DNA from: an uncultured Pseudomonadota bacterium
Lineage (GTDB): Bacteria; Pseudomonadota; Gammaproteobacteria; Methylococcales; Methylomonadaceae
DNA: 64,000 nt
Direction of reading: 5' to 3'
Assembly (NCBI GenBank): GCA_903847275.1
Contig: CAINDC010000196.1
Span: 3,884-67,883, forward strand
How positions within the stretch are numbered: position 1 is the first letter of the stretch; the number at the start of each line of letters is the position of its first letter. A program made the position numbers and the translations under genes. The notes below the pieces were generated by a model. The model was not told the origin of the DNA. It did no database searches and worked only from the letters and a program-made list of their open reading frames with translations. This document shows, piece by piece, positions 15,101-22,923 of this stretch.

Positions 15101-16613
15101 CAGCCGTGATACAGGTTTTTGTTGCTGCATCGAGTATTTGAGTCGATGAACAAATAGGAACATCATCTGGGCATTCTCTACCTGCTGCACCAATCGTAGA
15201 TTCTACGTCGTTTGGATGGGTTTCATGCCCCGTTGTTCCTGTTGGATTGATAATTGCCTTAACGTAATGTCTAAGCGAATTATCGAGAGAATTTTCAACG
15301 CCATCGCCATTTCTATCGCCAATGTCGCCTGTATGACAAAGCACTACGTCGCTAGGCAATGGTGATACGCAGGCAGTTAATGATAAGTTTAAAACTTGTG
15401 GCACATTACAAACAGGCGTAATGGTCAGCTCATTATTGGATTGATCAACTAATCCGCCTGTCCGAGTTGCAGATACTTCGTATGTTAGAACAGGTAAAAC
15501 GGTTGGGATAGTCAATGACCAATTTGCACCAGTCATCACTAAATTAGCATTGCCATTGCTATAAACTACGCCATTTACGGTGACAGAAAAAGTTTCCCCT
15601 ACCGCCAATGGACTTCCCGTTTGAATACCTGTCGCGCTAGTTGCTGTGACAATGCCACCAAGTGAGCCTGTAATAGTAGGTTTTGTATCAGAAGTGGTCA
15701 GCAAATTGACTGTTGGCGCAATAGTTTCAAACGGTGCAACACCTGATTCTTTAAAACCATCTTTAACAAAAACTGCCCCGTAAAACCGTACACCTGTATT
15801 CGCACAAGTTGAAACAGCACTACCTATGCCAGTAGGTGCTGTGCCATTGGCAAATTGCCCTAATGTTAATTTCAAACTTGTGACTGTATTAAACCGTGTT
15901 TGAACACGGCTTGAATCTGTAATATATAAACCTGCGTTACCAGCACAATTGGAATTAGAAAAACGAATTTTTCCATTAAGACCTGCACCTGCGACCATGT
16001 GCTGTACAAGATTGGTTTTATAATCACTAGCGAATACATAGGAAACAAAGCCACCGAATTCATTGTATTCAACATTTTCATCATCTAATGAATTGTTATA
16101 TACGTTTTGTAAAACAACGGCTTTTCCTGAAGTGTCTTGAAATGAAATAGTAAAATCAACGTGAGCATCAGCAGTATGTGAAACTGCGGTTAATTGCGGT
16201 GCAAATATTGCACCTTCTGGTACGACACCCCCAAACGATGTTACGTAATTAACGGTTGTGCCAGTTAATGTTCTTTGTGCAGGATTTTTCGGTGTTGGAT
16301 TAGGTTTTGGTTCATCGAATTTCGTTATTGTCATATTGACGATATTATCTACGCTCACAATAGCGTCAACTTGAGTTCCATTAACTGTAATGACGTTGGT
16401 ATATTTAAATTTCGCCCCGACTGAAGCTGTCCCCGCACCAGCTGCAACGGCTGTTCCCGCAATAAGTACAGGATCTGAAAAATTTAATAATCGTCCTTGT
16501 GTATCAAGTGCTGAAAAGGTAAAAGCCGTCGCATAATTCGGCGACAAAAAGGTCATCAACAAACTGATGATGAAAAATAAGAAATTTTTTTTAATGTTCA
16601 TGTTCATATTCAT
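9171..16613 (-). CDS. Giant secreted Ig-like-repeat protein (2480 aa), putative pilus-associated adhesin
   Basis: One uninterrupted ORF. It has a Sec signal peptide (MNMNMNIKKNFLFFIISLLMTFLSPNYATA), a unique N-terminal ~265 aa, about 17 degenerate ~85-100-aa modules, and a unique 368-aa C-terminal domain. The TAG stop shares 1 nt with the pilV GTG start. Confidence 0.85.
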   Translation of the reverse strand: MNMNMNIKKNFLFFIISLLMTFLSPNYATAFTFSALDTQGRLLNFSDPVLIAGTAVAAGAGTASVGAKFKYTNVITVNGTQVDAIVSVDNIVNMTITKFDEPKPNPTPKNPAQRTLTGTTVNYVTSFGGVVPEGAIFAPQLTAVSHTADAHVDFTISFQDTSGKAVVLQNVYNNSLDDENVEYNEFGGFVSYVFASDYKTNLVQHMVAGAGLNGKIRFSNSNCAGNAGLYITDSSRVQTRFNTVTSLKLTLGQFANGTAPTGIGSAVSTCANTGVRFYGAVFVKDGFKESGVAPFETIAPTVNLLTTSDTKPTITGSLGGIVTATSATGIQTGSPLAVGETFSVTVNGVVYSNGNANLVMTGANWSLTIPTVLPVLTYEVSATRTGGLVDQSNNELTITPVCNVPQVLNLSLTACVSPLPSDVVLCHTGDIGDRNGDGVENSLDNSLRHYVKAIINPTGTTGHETHPNDVESTIGAAGRECPDDVPICSSTQILDAATKTCITAVRPTVNTAAASTLLAPALSGTVGTSSSITVTVKNAADSTTAASGTATISGTSWTYAPAILPIGIYDVVVTTNTGLTDATTNELTVTLACSASQIFNAQGTACITPSVPTINSTTTNDKIAASLSGTLGTSTSLTITVNGVSGAATVNLSAGTWSYTPAILPNGTYNVIATGNTGLVDTTTNELVVSATTVPTVTPITFNDKQIPTITGTTGTSTAITVSVNGVSGAATVTGSTWSYTLPTALAANTYPVTATGNIAGLIGTGTLTVTATVAPTVNTATSTTAVAPALSGTVGTSTSLTVTVNGLSGAATINSVAGTWTYTPAVITTAGTYNVVVTGDSAHGSLVDTSLNELTVTQAAVNPTVDPNQKATTTATQTITGTFGTSTTLTITAKNSVTNVIYPINTATKSGVATTWSVTTPNKLPAGTYDVIVTGETGLVDGTSNELVVSETVVPTVDAVSTTTSVAPTLTGTLGSSTSLIITVKNSAGATMATSSTITPSGTTWSYTPAILTTAGTYNVTATGDSAHGNLVDISINELTVSIATTVPTVDAGKTATDITKPTLTGNVGTSASVTIAINDSTTGATYATSSGSINYNGNSSNKTWSFQLNNPIPAGTYNVVATGDTGLVDTTTEELVVSGSQTGKACTVVTYPLPSPLPTGNAYLAQDTSSSSSCSGGNKQSIKICRFSNGVQDTAVAVRTKCLADGSYTPNGFDTIWVSQDSNCPATAVTCKTKPTVTAKSIDDQTVVTLNGTADSDATSMTIVIKDSNGNTQSISGTATSKSSGSTTWTFTSTTKLPVGVYSVTATDSYGVVDQTINELTVTKFCASPATVNAAGTACESLPTIDPNQTATDTVAPTITGTFGTSTSVTITAKHSTTNVTYAIGTATKSGSATTWSVTRSPATAIPSGMYDVIATGTSGTGSNTVTLVDNTTGELSVSAKPTVDYPKTFTDKQIPTLTGTAGTSTSLTITIKTPPPIVSGTITPAADGKWSYTPSAVIAVAGIYDVEAKGNTGLVDITTQELTVTQSAVNPTIVCPATVTDAGIPTITGTFGTGSPLTITVKDSSGVQKATGTKTNSGTTTTTAWSFDSVVLPIAGTYTATATGVPTTLTASCTFPVTQTPIAPTVLAATTTDLAPAHLSGTLGTSTSITGVTIGSTGISCPVVIDLAAKTWTCTTSAAIATAGNYTVTATGVSGSGTGTLTVTASAVPTVNTKTTLDKIAPALSGNAGASTSLTITIKSTPEVTGAATITGSTWTFTPSTPIAAGTYDVVALGNSGLVDATPNELTVTTCTIPEVYNAAGDACITPVPTVMSLNTNSSTPIITGTVGVVALGATESFSVLVNNKTYTKSAVATNPLVVNALNWTLTIPATDVIPAGTHEVEATRNTSKDITHNELVVNLVCTTPEIINSAHTACITPAVPTVNIATTTDKIAAALSGNVGTSTSLVINVNDATGATQATGNAIITGTTWTFAPSVLPAGIYNVVATGDTGLIDATTSELKVTATCSLPKVANAAGTVCVYPTPTVNPIATLTKAQQPITLSGSIGGTTLGGSESFTVTVGGVTYTQSTIVVSGTTWSLQLPILNAGTYDVDVSRSGVLDETSKELVITDKIDICNGGTDQSIERSAWVDWQHDENYYLGKCHAPVCHDPKIPADAADCTAPLPKNPVQACQDSLNPANDPLCPRIPDALVEEAVTLPLPPEVTYCYDDTGAVTGVKSDASVTTSVTIKRARIANASTQDGTFDNSTLVNTVVKYGTKQQGALVIEPYTDSNGAPITPVITKGKVVGAKITGAVIAGAYIDIPNDYIDDKTQNTKLSCLEANGSLKLSCFIKVTGGITNPTSIKEGSATPVPATITNGMITSGTDSDGNPVRGSVTSGQFDKPITNSDTTITQGRRVKGQLMNAIIENATTTTVSGVTVVSAGNVISGEMDPETTATTFGTVTNATISGVKISSTNHCFSSGTVGSRGQLNWKEVVK
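10278..15728 (-). repeat. Tandem coding repeats (~17 Ig-like modules) inside the giant ORF
   Basis: Recurrent signature: G(T/S)xGTS(T/S)S(L/I)T(I/V)TV ... W(S/T)(Y/F)TP ... AGTY(D/N)V(V/I)ATG(D/N)TGLVD.T.NEL.V(T/S). Copies are degenerate at the DNA level. Confidence 0.75.
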
Positions 16614-16778
16614 ATTGATGTACCTTTACGACTTAAATTTAAAACGACTTATTTTTTGAGATTAACATTTCACAATTAAGGTGTTAAACATCTACGCCTC
16701 CAATCTCACAAAACTTTATAATGGCGCGATTATAAGCTCGTTATTTAACGTCTGCCATTTTTTTAAAGAACAAAACAA

Positions 16779-17612
16779 ATGACTCAAATTTATGATTTAC
16801 ATTGCCACTCCACCGCGTCAGATGGTGCATTATCACCGACAGCGTTGATTAAACGTGCTGCGGAAAATGCCATTTCGATGTTAGCTCTTACCGATCACGA
16901 TACCGTTGCGGGACTTACTGAAGCTAAAAAGTGCGCCGATGAATTAAACATTAATTTCATCAACGGCATTGAAATTTCAGCACAATGGGAAAAAATCGGT
17001 GTGCATATTGTGGGTTTAAATATAGATCCACAACACGACGCATTACAAAAATTAATGGCTGAACTTCATATTATGCGAATCGAACGCGCCGAAAAAATTG
17101 CTCAAAAACTCGCTAAAAAAGGCATTCCTGACGCACTCGAATTTGTTCAAAAAACAGTTACCAACGAAACGATTACGCGTGTTCATTTTGCCAATTTTCT
17201 GGTGTCACAAGCATACGTTTCAACAGTTTCAGAAGCGTTTGACCGTTATTTGGGTGATGGAAAATCAGCCTATGTTTCAACAACATGGACACCGTTAGAA
17301 AATGCAATTCAAGCGATTCGTGATGCGGGAGGCATTCCAATTGTCGCTCATCCATTGCGCTATAAATTAACTGCGACCCGTATGAAAAAATTGCTGGGCG
17401 CGTTTAAAAATGCAGGCGGTTTAGCGATTGAAGTCGTTACAGGGCGTTACAATCCTGATGAAATGCGAATTTTGGCAAATTACGCGAATCAGTTTGAATT
17501 GGCAGCTTCCGTGGGTTCTGACTTTCATAGTCCCGAAAATGTATGGATTGAACTTGGGCGCGTTGCCCCGCTGCCAAATAATGTCAAACCCGTTTGGGAA
17601 TTGTGGCAATGA
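16779..17612 (+). CDS. trpH: PHP-domain phosphoesterase / RNase AM (TrpH/YciV family)
   Basis: 277 aa. YDLHCHSTASDGALSP and ALTDHDTVAG are PHP motifs. Confidence 0.8.
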   Translation: MTQIYDLHCHSTASDGALSPTALIKRAAENAISMLALTDHDTVAGLTEAKKCADELNINFINGIEISAQWEKIGVHIVGLNIDPQHDALQKLMAELHIMRIERAEKIAQKLAKKGIPDALEFVQKTVTNETITRVHFANFLVSQAYVSTVSEAFDRYLGDGKSAYVSTTWTPLENAIQAIRDAGGIPIVAHPLRYKLTATRMKKLLGAFKNAGGLAIEVVTGRYNPDEMRILANYANQFELAASVGSDFHSPENVWIELGRVAPLPNNVKPVWELWQ

Positions 17613-18049
17613 ATCGTTTTTGGGAAACAAAAACATTAGCGGAAATGAGTCGTGCCGAATGGGAATCGTTGTGTGATGGTTGCGGACGTTGTTGCTTACA
17701 CAAATTAGAAGACGAAGACACAGGTGACATATATATCACCAGCGTAGCGTGTAAATTGTTGGATTTAAAAACCTGTCGCTGTACAAATTACACTGAACGC
17801 ACGCGACTTGTACCCGATTGTTTAGAGCTTTATTCGGTTGGTTTCGAGCAATATCAATGGTTGCCAAAAACGTGTGCGTATCGTTTATTAAATGACGGTA
17901 AAAAATTACCAACATGGCATCCGTTGATTTCAAAACGTGAAAATAGCGTGAAAAAAGCAGGAATTACGGTGAACCGTTACGCGATTTCAGAAACAACAGT
18001 GAAAGATGTGAATGATTTGGAAGATTACGTTTTGGAATTGCAATCTTAA
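17609..18049 (+). CDS. ycgN: YcgN-family cysteine-cluster protein (UPF0260)
   Basis: Start trimmed to MNRFWE; its ATG overlaps the trpH TGA. WESLCDGCGRCCLHKLED motif. Confidence 0.75.
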   Translation: MNRFWETKTLAEMSRAEWESLCDGCGRCCLHKLEDEDTGDIYITSVACKLLDLKTCRCTNYTERTRLVPDCLELYSVGFEQYQWLPKTCAYRLLNDGKKLPTWHPLISKRENSVKKAGITVNRYAISETTVKDVNDLEDYVLELQS

Positions 18050-18060
18050 AATGCAAAAAA

Positions 18061-18092
18061 GGTTGCGAACTAAAAGCTCGCAACCCTTTTTT
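18061..18092. terminator. Bidirectional terminator between convergent ycgN and pnp
   Basis: Stem GGTTGCGA/TCGCAACC (18061-18068, 18078-18085) flanked by A6 and T6 runs. Confidence 0.7.
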
Positions 18093-18104
18093 ATGTGAAT
18101 CGAA

Positions 18105-20201
18105 TTAAGCAGCTGGTAGCTCTGCTGCGTCTTTAATCGCTTCTTTGATACTCAAACGCACACGACCTTGTTTATCAATTTCTAACACTTTGACTTTTAC
18201 AACGTCGCCTTCGTTCAAACGATCGCTAACTTTTTCGACGCGTTCATCTGAGATTTGAGAAATGTGAACTAAACCGTCTTTGCCTGGCATGATTGCAACA
18301 AATGCACCGAAATCCATTAAGCGAATTACTTTGCCTTCGTAGATTTTTCCGACTTCAACTTCAGCCGTAATTTCTTCGATTAAACGTTTTGCTTCTTCGC
18401 CAGCCGCTTTATCAACCGAGGCAACTTTTACAACACCATCATCAGTCAAATCAACTGCCGCGCCAGTTTGCTCAACGATACTACGAATCGTTGCACCACC
18501 TTTGCCAATCACTTCGCGGATTTTACTTGGATCGATTTTGAACGTGATAATGCGTGGCGCGAAATCGGACATTTCAGAACGTGAAACCGCTAATGCTTTA
18601 TTCATTTCGTCTAAAATATGTAACCGTCCTGCTTTCGCTTGTGCAAGCGCAGTTTTCATAATTTCAGCGGTAATACCTTGGATTTTAATGTCCATTTGCA
18701 ACGCGGTAATGCCTTCGGCAGAACCCGCCACTTTGAAATCCATGTCGCCCAAATGATCTTCGTCGCCCAAAATATCAGAAATTACCGCGAAACGGTCGCC
18801 TTCTTTAATCAAGCCCATCGCAATGCCAGCCACTGGCGCAGATAACGGAACACCAGCATCCATCAACGCTAAACTGCTGCCGCAAACCGAAGCCATTGAA
18901 CTTGAACCATTTGATTCGGTGATTTCAGACACCACGCGAATCGAATATGGAAATTCTTCCATATTCGGCAATACAGCTAAAATGCCACGTTTTGCCAAAC
19001 GTCCATGACCAATTTCACGACGTTTTGGTGAGCCAACAAAACCTGTTTCACCTACACTGTACGGAGGGAAATTGTAATGCAGCATAAACGGTTCTTTGTA
19101 TTCGCCCGCCAATGCGTCGATGATTTGTGCATCGCGTGCCGTGCCTAACGTTGCCACAACTAAGGCTTGCGTTTCGCCGCGTGTAAATAACGCTGAACCA
19201 TGGGTGCGAGGCAAAACACCCGTGCGAATGCTGATTTTACGCACTTTATCGAGCGGACGACCATCGATACGCTGACCTTCATTTAAAATCGCGCCACGAA
19301 CAACGTCATATTCTAACTGTTCGATTACGCCTTTAATTTCACGTTCTTCATAAGCTTCATCAGCGGTTAATTTTTCAATTAACGCGGTGCGAACTTCTTT
19401 AAGTTTTTCTTGGCGAACTAATTTTTCAGGAATTAAATAAGCGGCTTTAACGTCAGCTTCAATCGCGCCAACTAAACGATTTAGTTCATGATTCGCTTCA
19501 GGTGCAACCCATTCAACCGTTCCACAACCTGCCATTTCAGCAAATTCGTTAATTGCGTTAATCGCGGTTTGCATTTGTTCATGACCAAATAACACCGCGC
19601 CCAGCATGATTTCTTCAGACAATGATTTTGCTTCGGATTCCACCATTAAAACTGCGTGTGCTGTACCCGCAACCACTAATGTTAAATCGGATTCTTTTAA
19701 AATTTCAGGCGATACGTTCAGTAAATACTGACCGTCTTTGTAACCGATTCGAGCTGCACCGATGGGACCATTGAACGGCAACCCTGAAATGGATAAAGCG
19801 GCTGATGCACCCAATAACGCAACAACTTCTGTGTCCACTTCTGGATTTAACGATACCACCGTGGCAATAATTTGCACTTCGTTGGTATAGCCTTCTGGAA
19901 ATAAAGGGCGAATCGGGCGATCGATTAAGCGAGAAATTAAAGTTTCTTGTTCAGACGGACGACCTTCACGTTTGAAAAATCCACCTGGAATTTTGCCAGC
20001 CGCGTAGGCTTTTTCTTGGTAATTTACGGTTAACGGGAAAAAGTCACCGCCCGCCGCCGATTTTTTGCCTACCACTGTGACTAAAATAGACGTACCGTCA
20101 ATATCAATCATTACTGCGCCGTCAGCTTGGCGAGCAATTTCGCCAGTTTCGAGGATAACTTTTTGATTGCCGTACTGAAATTCTTTCCTAATAGGATTCA
20201 C
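18105..20201 (-). CDS. pnp: Polyribonucleotide nucleotidyltransferase (PNPase)
   Basis: 698 aa with two RNase PH domains, KH and S1 domains. Follows rpsO as in most bacteria. Confidence 0.95.
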   Translation of the reverse strand: MNPIRKEFQYGNQKVILETGEIARQADGAVMIDIDGTSILVTVVGKKSAAGGDFFPLTVNYQEKAYAAGKIPGGFFKREGRPSEQETLISRLIDRPIRPLFPEGYTNEVQIIATVVSLNPEVDTEVVALLGASAALSISGLPFNGPIGAARIGYKDGQYLLNVSPEILKESDLTLVVAGTAHAVLMVESEAKSLSEEIMLGAVLFGHEQMQTAINAINEFAEMAGCGTVEWVAPEANHELNRLVGAIEADVKAAYLIPEKLVRQEKLKEVRTALIEKLTADEAYEEREIKGVIEQLEYDVVRGAILNEGQRIDGRPLDKVRKISIRTGVLPRTHGSALFTRGETQALVVATLGTARDAQIIDALAGEYKEPFMLHYNFPPYSVGETGFVGSPKRREIGHGRLAKRGILAVLPNMEEFPYSIRVVSEITESNGSSSMASVCGSSLALMDAGVPLSAPVAGIAMGLIKEGDRFAVISDILGDEDHLGDMDFKVAGSAEGITALQMDIKIQGITAEIMKTALAQAKAGRLHILDEMNKALAVSRSEMSDFAPRIITFKIDPSKIREVIGKGGATIRSIVEQTGAAVDLTDDGVVKVASVDKAAGEEAKRLIEEITAEVEVGKIYEGKVIRLMDFGAFVAIMPGKDGLVHISQISDERVEKVSDRLNEGDVVKVKVLEIDKQGRVRLSIKEAIKDAAELPAA

Positions 20202-20263
20202 TATGAGGGTTCCTTTGTTTGAAGGGTGTTTTAAAAATAAGTTTGTTTTTAGCTAAAGCAAAA

Positions 20264-20282
20264 ACGGCACAGAATGTGCCGT
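20264..20282 (-). terminator. rpsO terminator / pnp leader hairpin
   Basis: Stem ACGGCAC/GTGCCGT with a 5-nt loop, followed on the minus strand by T5. It sits 17 nt after the rpsO stop. Confidence 0.6.
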
Positions 20283-20298
20283 TTTCTAAGTGGTTTTT

Positions 20299-20568
20299 TT
20301 ATTTACGCAACCCTAAGCGTCCGATTAACGTGCGGTAACGTTCGCCATCTTTATTCTTCAAATAATCCAACAATTTGCGACGTTGATTAACCATGCGTAA
20401 TAAACCACGACGTGAATGGTTATCTTTTTTGTGCGTTGCAAAATGTGGAGCTAAATGTTGAATGTGAGCCGTCAATAAGGCAACTTGAACTTCTGGTGAA
20501 CCTGTGTCACTTTCTGATTGACGATAGGCTTCAACGACGGCTTTTTTTTGTTCTGCTGTAAATGGCAT
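20299..20568 (-). CDS. rpsO: 30S ribosomal protein S15
   Basis: 89 aa with typical S15 sequence ([20 protein letters not shown]). Confidence 0.95.
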   Translation of the reverse strand: MPFTAEQKKAVVEAYRQSESDTGSPEVQVALLTAHIQHLAPHFATHKKDNHSRRGLLRMVNQRRKLLDYLKNKDGERYRTLIGRLGLRK

Positions 20569-20634
20569 TTCGGATAAATCCCTAAAATTAATAAAATGAA
20601 AGTTTCCACGTTTAGGGTGTAGAAACTTGAAATG

Positions 20635-21540
20635 TTACTCGTTCAAATTGAACAATCTAACGACCGTTATCTTATCATTTAATCCAATTTCACCCAAACC
20701 TAAAAACAAATTTTCTGCATATAAACGGACATTCTGTTTGCTTTCATTAGTTTTAAAATCAATCGCTTGACCGTGACAAATAGCTAGTTTTTGTTCAGGT
20801 GATAAATGAATCGCTAATAAGTTTTCTAACGGTTTATCAACCGCCATCAAACTCGTGTGTAATTCGTCCGAAGTCATCGTAGCGAGTTGCTCAATCGTTT
20901 TCGCTTCATGCAAATGAAACTGTCCCGCTTGCGTTCTTCGTAACGCCGTTACTGTTCCGCCGCAACCCAAACCATGTCCAATATCTTCGGCGAGTGAGCG
21001 AATATAAGTCCCTTTTGAACAGGCAACGTCTAAGGTCAACGTTTCAGGTGTGAATTCGAGCAAGTTTATTTCATAAATTGTGATGTTTCGCGGTTCTCGT
21101 TCAATCGTAATGCCGTCACGCGCCAATTCGTATAGTTTTTTGCCGTTATGTTTTAATGCAGAATACATCGGTGGCACTTGCGCTTGTGCGCCAGTGAATT
21201 TCGACAAACAGGTTTGAATTTGCTCACTTGACAACGTCGGCACAGGTTTAGTTTCGATAACTTGCCCTTCCGCATCACCTGTATCAGTCATGATGCCAAG
21301 TTTGATTGTGACTTGATAACGCTTGTCATCATCGAGCATCAAGGCTGAAACTTTGGTCGCTTCGCCAAAACACAGCGGTAATAAACCCGTTGCGAGAGGA
21401 TCTAAACTGCCCGTGTGTCCTGCTTTATTGGCATTAAATAAACGTCGAACTTCTTGCAATGCTTTATTTGATGAAATGCCTAAACGCTTATCCAACAAAA
21501 TAATGCCATGAACATTTAACCCTGATTTGCGCTTACTCAC
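20635..21540 (-). CDS. truB: tRNA pseudouridine(55) synthase
   Basis: 301 aa. GHTGSLDPLATGLLPLCFGEATK catalytic-Asp motif. GTG start overlapping the lpxH TGA. Confidence 0.9.
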   Translation of the reverse strand: MSKRKSGLNVHGIILLDKRLGISSNKALQEVRRLFNANKAGHTGSLDPLATGLLPLCFGEATKVSALMLDDDKRYQVTIKLGIMTDTGDAEGQVIETKPVPTLSSEQIQTCLSKFTGAQAQVPPMYSALKHNGKKLYELARDGITIEREPRNITIYEINLLEFTPETLTLDVACSKGTYIRSLAEDIGHGLGCGGTVTALRRTQAGQFHLHEAKTIEQLATMTSDELHTSLMAVDKPLENLLAIHLSPEQKLAICHGQAIDFKTNESKQNVRLYAENLFLGLGEIGLNDKITVVRLFNLNE

Positions 21541-22235
21541 TTTTCACCTCCAAAACTTAACACTGCACCGCCGTCGTTAGTCCAATCTGACAACACAAAA
21601 CGCTGTGCTTTTTGACCATTTAACATGAATTCATGTTTAGCTGGTCGGTGGATATGACCGTGAATTAAACGGGTGCATTGATGTTGCTGCATGATGTTTT
21701 CGATGGTCGTTTGATTCACGTCCATCATGTAATCCGATTTTTGTTGTTTATGCCAAAAACTACGAATTCGATACCAACGCGCAACACACAAGCGCAACCA
21801 TAATGGTTTTGAAAGTACATTTTGTTGCCATTCCGATGTGCGCGATTTGGTACGAAAAGTTTGATACGGAACATCATCGCTGCACAATAAATCACCATGC
21901 GTTAATAATGTGCGCTCACCTTCTAAATCAATCACTGCGTAATCATCCAACAAAATCACGCCTGTTCCACGGGCAAATCGTTCGCCAATTAAAAAATCAC
22001 GATTGCCGCGTTGTAAATAAACCATCACACCTGAATCAGTTAATCGTTTTAGTTCTCGACGAATTTTAGCGTTCGGTGCCGTAAAATCATCATCGCCGAC
22101 CCACGCATCAAATAAATCACCCAAAATATAAACCGTGCGGGCTTCGCGTGCTTTTGTTCTTAAAAAATGGACGAAATGGCGCGTGATTTTAGGTTTATCA
22201 AACGATAAATGTAGGTCAGAAATGAATAAAATCAT
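21537..22235 (-). CDS. lpxH: UDP-2,3-diacylglucosamine diphosphatase
   Basis: 232 aa. FISDLHL and GDLFDAWVGDD metallophosphatase motifs typical of LpxH. Confidence 0.9.
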   Translation of the reverse strand: MILFISDLHLSFDKPKITRHFVHFLRTKAREARTVYILGDLFDAWVGDDDFTAPNAKIRRELKRLTDSGVMVYLQRGNRDFLIGERFARGTGVILLDDYAVIDLEGERTLLTHGDLLCSDDVPYQTFRTKSRTSEWQQNVLSKPLWLRLCVARWYRIRSFWHKQQKSDYMMDVNQTTIENIMQQHQCTRLIHGHIHRPAKHEFMLNGQKAQRFVLSDWTNDGGAVLSFGGEK

Positions 22236-22810
22236 TATTCGATGATTTCAGCTTTTTCAATCACGATGTCAGTTTTTGGAACGTCTTGATGTCCTGCACG
22301 GGTTCCAGTCGGTTCAGCTGCCATTTTATCTACAATGTCAATGCCTTCAATGACTTCTGCAAATACCGCATAACCCCAACCGCTGGCATTTTTACCTGTG
22401 TGATTTAAAAAATCGTTGTCTTTGTAATTGATAAAAAATTGCGCGGTTGCAGAGTTTGGAACATTGGTACGCGCCATTGCAATTGAACCGCGTGTATTTT
22501 TCAAACCGTTATCGGCTTCATTTTCAATCGGCGCGTGAACTTCTTTTTGGTTAAAGCTAGTATCGAAACCACCACCTTGCGCCATAAATCCTTTAATCAC
22601 ACGGTGAAAAATGGTGCCGTTATAAAAGCCTTCTTTTACATAGGTTAAGAAATTTGCAGAACTAATTGGTGCTTTTTCTGAATTGAGTTGAATCGTGATG
22701 TCGCCCATTGACGTGGTGAGTTTAACTTTTTGGTGAGTCATTTTATTTTCCGTGGCAAAAGCCGTTGTTGTCGTGAAAAGAAACAACATCGAGAGTAATA
22801 AGTTACGCAT
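22235..22810 (-). CDS. ppiA: Periplasmic cyclophilin-type peptidyl-prolyl isomerase
   Basis: 191 aa. Signal peptide, then FHRVIKGFMAQGGG and AQFFIN cyclophilin motifs. Confidence 0.9.
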   Translation of the reverse strand: MRNLLLSMLFLFTTTTAFATENKMTHQKVKLTTSMGDITIQLNSEKAPISSANFLTYVKEGFYNGTIFHRVIKGFMAQGGGFDTSFNQKEVHAPIENEADNGLKNTRGSIAMARTNVPNSATAQFFINYKDNDFLNHTGKNASGWGYAVFAEVIEGIDIVDKMAAEPTGTRAGHQDVPKTDIVIEKAEIIE

Positions 22811-22859
22811 TTGTTTCCTTGAGAATGTTTTAAGAGCGTGAATTTTAGGCGTTTTTAAC

Positions 22860-22888
22860 TTGAAATAGAAGTATCGACTTGTTAAATT
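22860..22888 (+). promoter_or_regulatory. Candidate sigma-70 promoter for cysS
   Basis: TTGAAA (22860-22865), 17-nt spacer, TAAATT (22883-22888), about 35 nt upstream of the cysS ATG. Confidence 0.35.
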
Positions 22889-22923
22889 GCCTTATCTTTA
22901 CACATTTACTTGGTTTAAACAGA

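Noticed and set aside
10762-15141. Numerous plus-strand ORFs of 60-169 aa (for example 14131-14640, 10762-11067, 11305-11550) antisense to the giant gene
   Set aside because: They lie entirely inside the uninterrupted 2480-aa minus-strand ORF and translate to low-complexity V/T/A/P-rich strings. Those strings mirror the T/V/A/G-rich repeats. They are compositional artefacts of the repeat, not genes.
9171-16613. Calling the giant protein a PilY1 orthologue
   Set aside because: I see no PilY1-like C-terminal propeller motifs or vWA signature. Only a functional analogy based on operon context is proposed (see findings).
22879-22923. N-terminal extensions in the ORF track: cysS from 22879, fimT-like to 7104, antitoxin to 39936, secreted protein to 41214, ispG to 58102, iscR to 58718, rplU to 48245, ycgN from 17594, GT39 from 34998, cyclase to 52961
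   Set aside because: Family-typical N-termini, signal peptides or prepilin motifs and better SD sequences support the internal starts used in the feature list. Several of the extensions begin at TTG or GTG codons inside promoter or hairpin sequence.
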